NCBI GenBank assembly: GCA_002189035.1
Contig: NEEC01000009.1
Span: 248,001-312,000 of the forward strand
Source of the DNA: Utricularia gibba
Lineage: Eukaryota; Plantae; Magnoliophyta
Direction of reading: 5' to 3'
DNA: 64,000 nucleotides
Each line of letters opens with the position of its first letter. Position 1 is the first letter of the stretch. Under the pieces are notes generated by a model that saw only the letters and a list, made by a program, of their open reading frames with translations, did not search any database and had not been told where the DNA came from. The position numbers were made by a program, and so were the translations under genes. Shown in pieces: positions 62,288 through 64,000 of this stretch.

Positions 62288-63720
62288 ATGTTGACGTGTG
62301 AGAAACTGCGTGCCCGCTTCTCAATTCCCGACGGTTACGCGATGCGGTATAAACAACCAGGTGAAACGTCCGACACCAAACCGCCATCCAGAGTCGGAGG
62401 ATCGGGTTTCGCCATCAGCATCGAGCACTTTCGGTGTGGATTGTGACTGCCCCCGCCCCCTTTCTTGGTGCAGATACTTGATGCACTCCACATCCCACTC
62501 TCCCACCTCACACCACGTTCTGTGGCGCACATACTCGCATTTGTGCAAATCTGTGAAGAGGAGGATATACCCCCGGAAATACGTGTCTTCTTTGCGGTTT
62601 TGTTTGTATGCAACGTAAGGGGAGTCCGCACTACTCGCTTCATGGAAAACTTGGTGTGGTTCTGGTTACAGACGTGAGAAGCACATATGATGATTGGTGG
62701 ACTAGTTTTGTATGGGTATGCCCACCCACCACTCTAGATTGGCCAACAACGTTGACAGTGTCAGAGAATGTTGGACACCCATCAGGTAATCACAAACAAT
62801 TACTTCGAATATTCTAACGTCGTCTGCAATAGTACTCATGCTTTTTGTTGTTATGGTCGTTGTAGACATCGAGGTATTGCCAAAACGTGCAGCAAGGAAG
62901 TTTGTAAATTTTTTGTCTTACAGAACAAAGTCACTAAAGGACGTGTTGCCCCCCTTTGTCAATGCCCCTAGGACACAGCATCTGTGGTGTGGAACCCCTC
63001 GACACCGTAGACAACGTGAGATTAGGAATTAAGATCCTGAGAAGGTGACCCATGAAGAGGATGCAGATGTGCAGCCAGAAGTCAGGGGCAACACGGATGA
63101 GTGCCAACACCGATCTCGACACATGACGATGGGTGTGGTGCTACCACTGCAAAGTATATTGAAGTGGAGAGACTGTATGTAGAGAATCTTGAACTTTTGG
63201 CTTGCATGGTATGAACAAACATGGTCATATAGTGGAGTGTCAAGTAATAACGCAGCCCCACCATGTAAGTTGTTAATATTTGACGTGAATGGCGTAACTG
63301 CGGACATTGTGTATCCTCGCGAAGTTAGGTGGGGAGCGCCGAAGCCAGATGCCGTCATATACGGGCGAAATGGTAATATGGTGTATTTCATATGCATTTA
63401 ATATCCGGTGCATGTGTCAGAACTATTTGTTGTGGTTGTAGTGTATCTTCGACCAGGTGCACGTGAGTTGATACAGTTTTGCATGGAACACTTTGACGTC
63501 GCCATTTGGTCTTCCAGAGGACAGTAAGATTGACCAGTTAGTAGGTAATGGTATCTGCACGGTGCTGACCTTTCCTTTTTCTGACAAGATGCAAGGGATG
63601 TGTGGCTATAAAAGGCCATCTCCAATACCCTTCACGTGTAGTGGTGTGTTGTGAACGTGGAGAAGAGTTGATGAAATTTTGTGTGAGAGCATGAAGGAGA
63701 GGATCTGCTGCTACATAGAA
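62288..63720 (+). pseudogene. Transposase_28/TRP28-like + FCP1/NIF-like fusion gene, copy 2 (decayed, 3' end missing)
   Basis: MLTCEKLRARFSIP, EHFRCGL*LPPPPF, LSHLTPRSVAHILAF, YDDWWTSFVWVCPP, CKLLIFDVNGV, KPDAVIYGRN and FDVAIWSS; colinear with copy 1; TGA at 62444 plus frameshifts. Confidence 0.85.
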
Positions 63721-63817
63721 GTTCTAACTTCTACTGATAGTTTCATATTGTAAATCATTAATCTGTTTAACACTTGGAGTATTGTACTCTTGGTGAAAAC
63801 TCATATTAAATTTCATT

Positions 63818-63952
63818 GCCATTCGCCAGGGCGATTCTGAAATCGCGGAAGTTTTGTTTGATCAAGCCGCTCAGTATTGGAAACAGGCTATCACACTTAC
63901 TCCTGGTAATTATATTGAAGCACACAATTGGTTGAAGATCACGAGACGTTTC
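63818..63952 (+). other. ycf3: Nuclear plastid DNA insertion (NUPT): ycf3 3' exon fragment
   Basis: Translates [45 protein letters not shown], the C-terminus of plastid Ycf3. Confidence 0.92.
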
Positions 63953-64000
63953 TTGGAGTTTTTAAGTTCAAGAGGTTTCCCAGTTTTTTAGGTTTTACTT

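Larger units (their letters stand above)
59750..63800 (+). mobile_element. PIF/Harbinger-like DNA transposon, copy 2 (right end not seen)
   Basis: PIF-type TIR GGGCGCGTTTGGTTG at 59750 and palindromic subterminal repeats, then a transposase pseudogene and a TRP28-FCP1 pseudogene. Confidence 0.8.

Overview
Plant (eudicot-like) nuclear DNA; all calls were made by eye from the sequence and ORF track, with no database search. The gene-dense core (6.7-49.7 kb) holds 12 recognisable multi-exon genes: an ATAF-type NAC factor, NDC1, a double polyketide-cyclase protein, ARV1, NUP1/NUP136, an NT-C2 protein, PIG-A, uricase, a CAT6/7-like transporter, an IF1-like ATPase inhibitor, an MMTAG2-like protein and mitochondrial L43. 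The core also holds one full-length decayed Ty1/copia element (35104-40252) and a Tourist MITE. An AT-rich, gene-free stretch follows (50-58 kb), then a copia remnant. The stand-out observation is at both ends of the window. Two strongly diverged PIF/Harbinger transposase pseudogenes (3904-5249 minus; 60196-61517 plus) are each followed, in the same orientation, by the same unusual intron-containing gene. That gene fuses a gypsy-type Transposase_28/TRP28-like domain to an FCP1/NIF-like HAD-phosphatase domain. The two copies share gene order, intron phases, a terminal signature and GCACCGC-type motif arrays. This suggests an undescribed Harbinger lineage carrying a phosphatase-fold cargo gene. 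No Myb/SANT partner ORF is visible, but both elements run off the window edges. A plastid ycf3 fragment sits at the right end.
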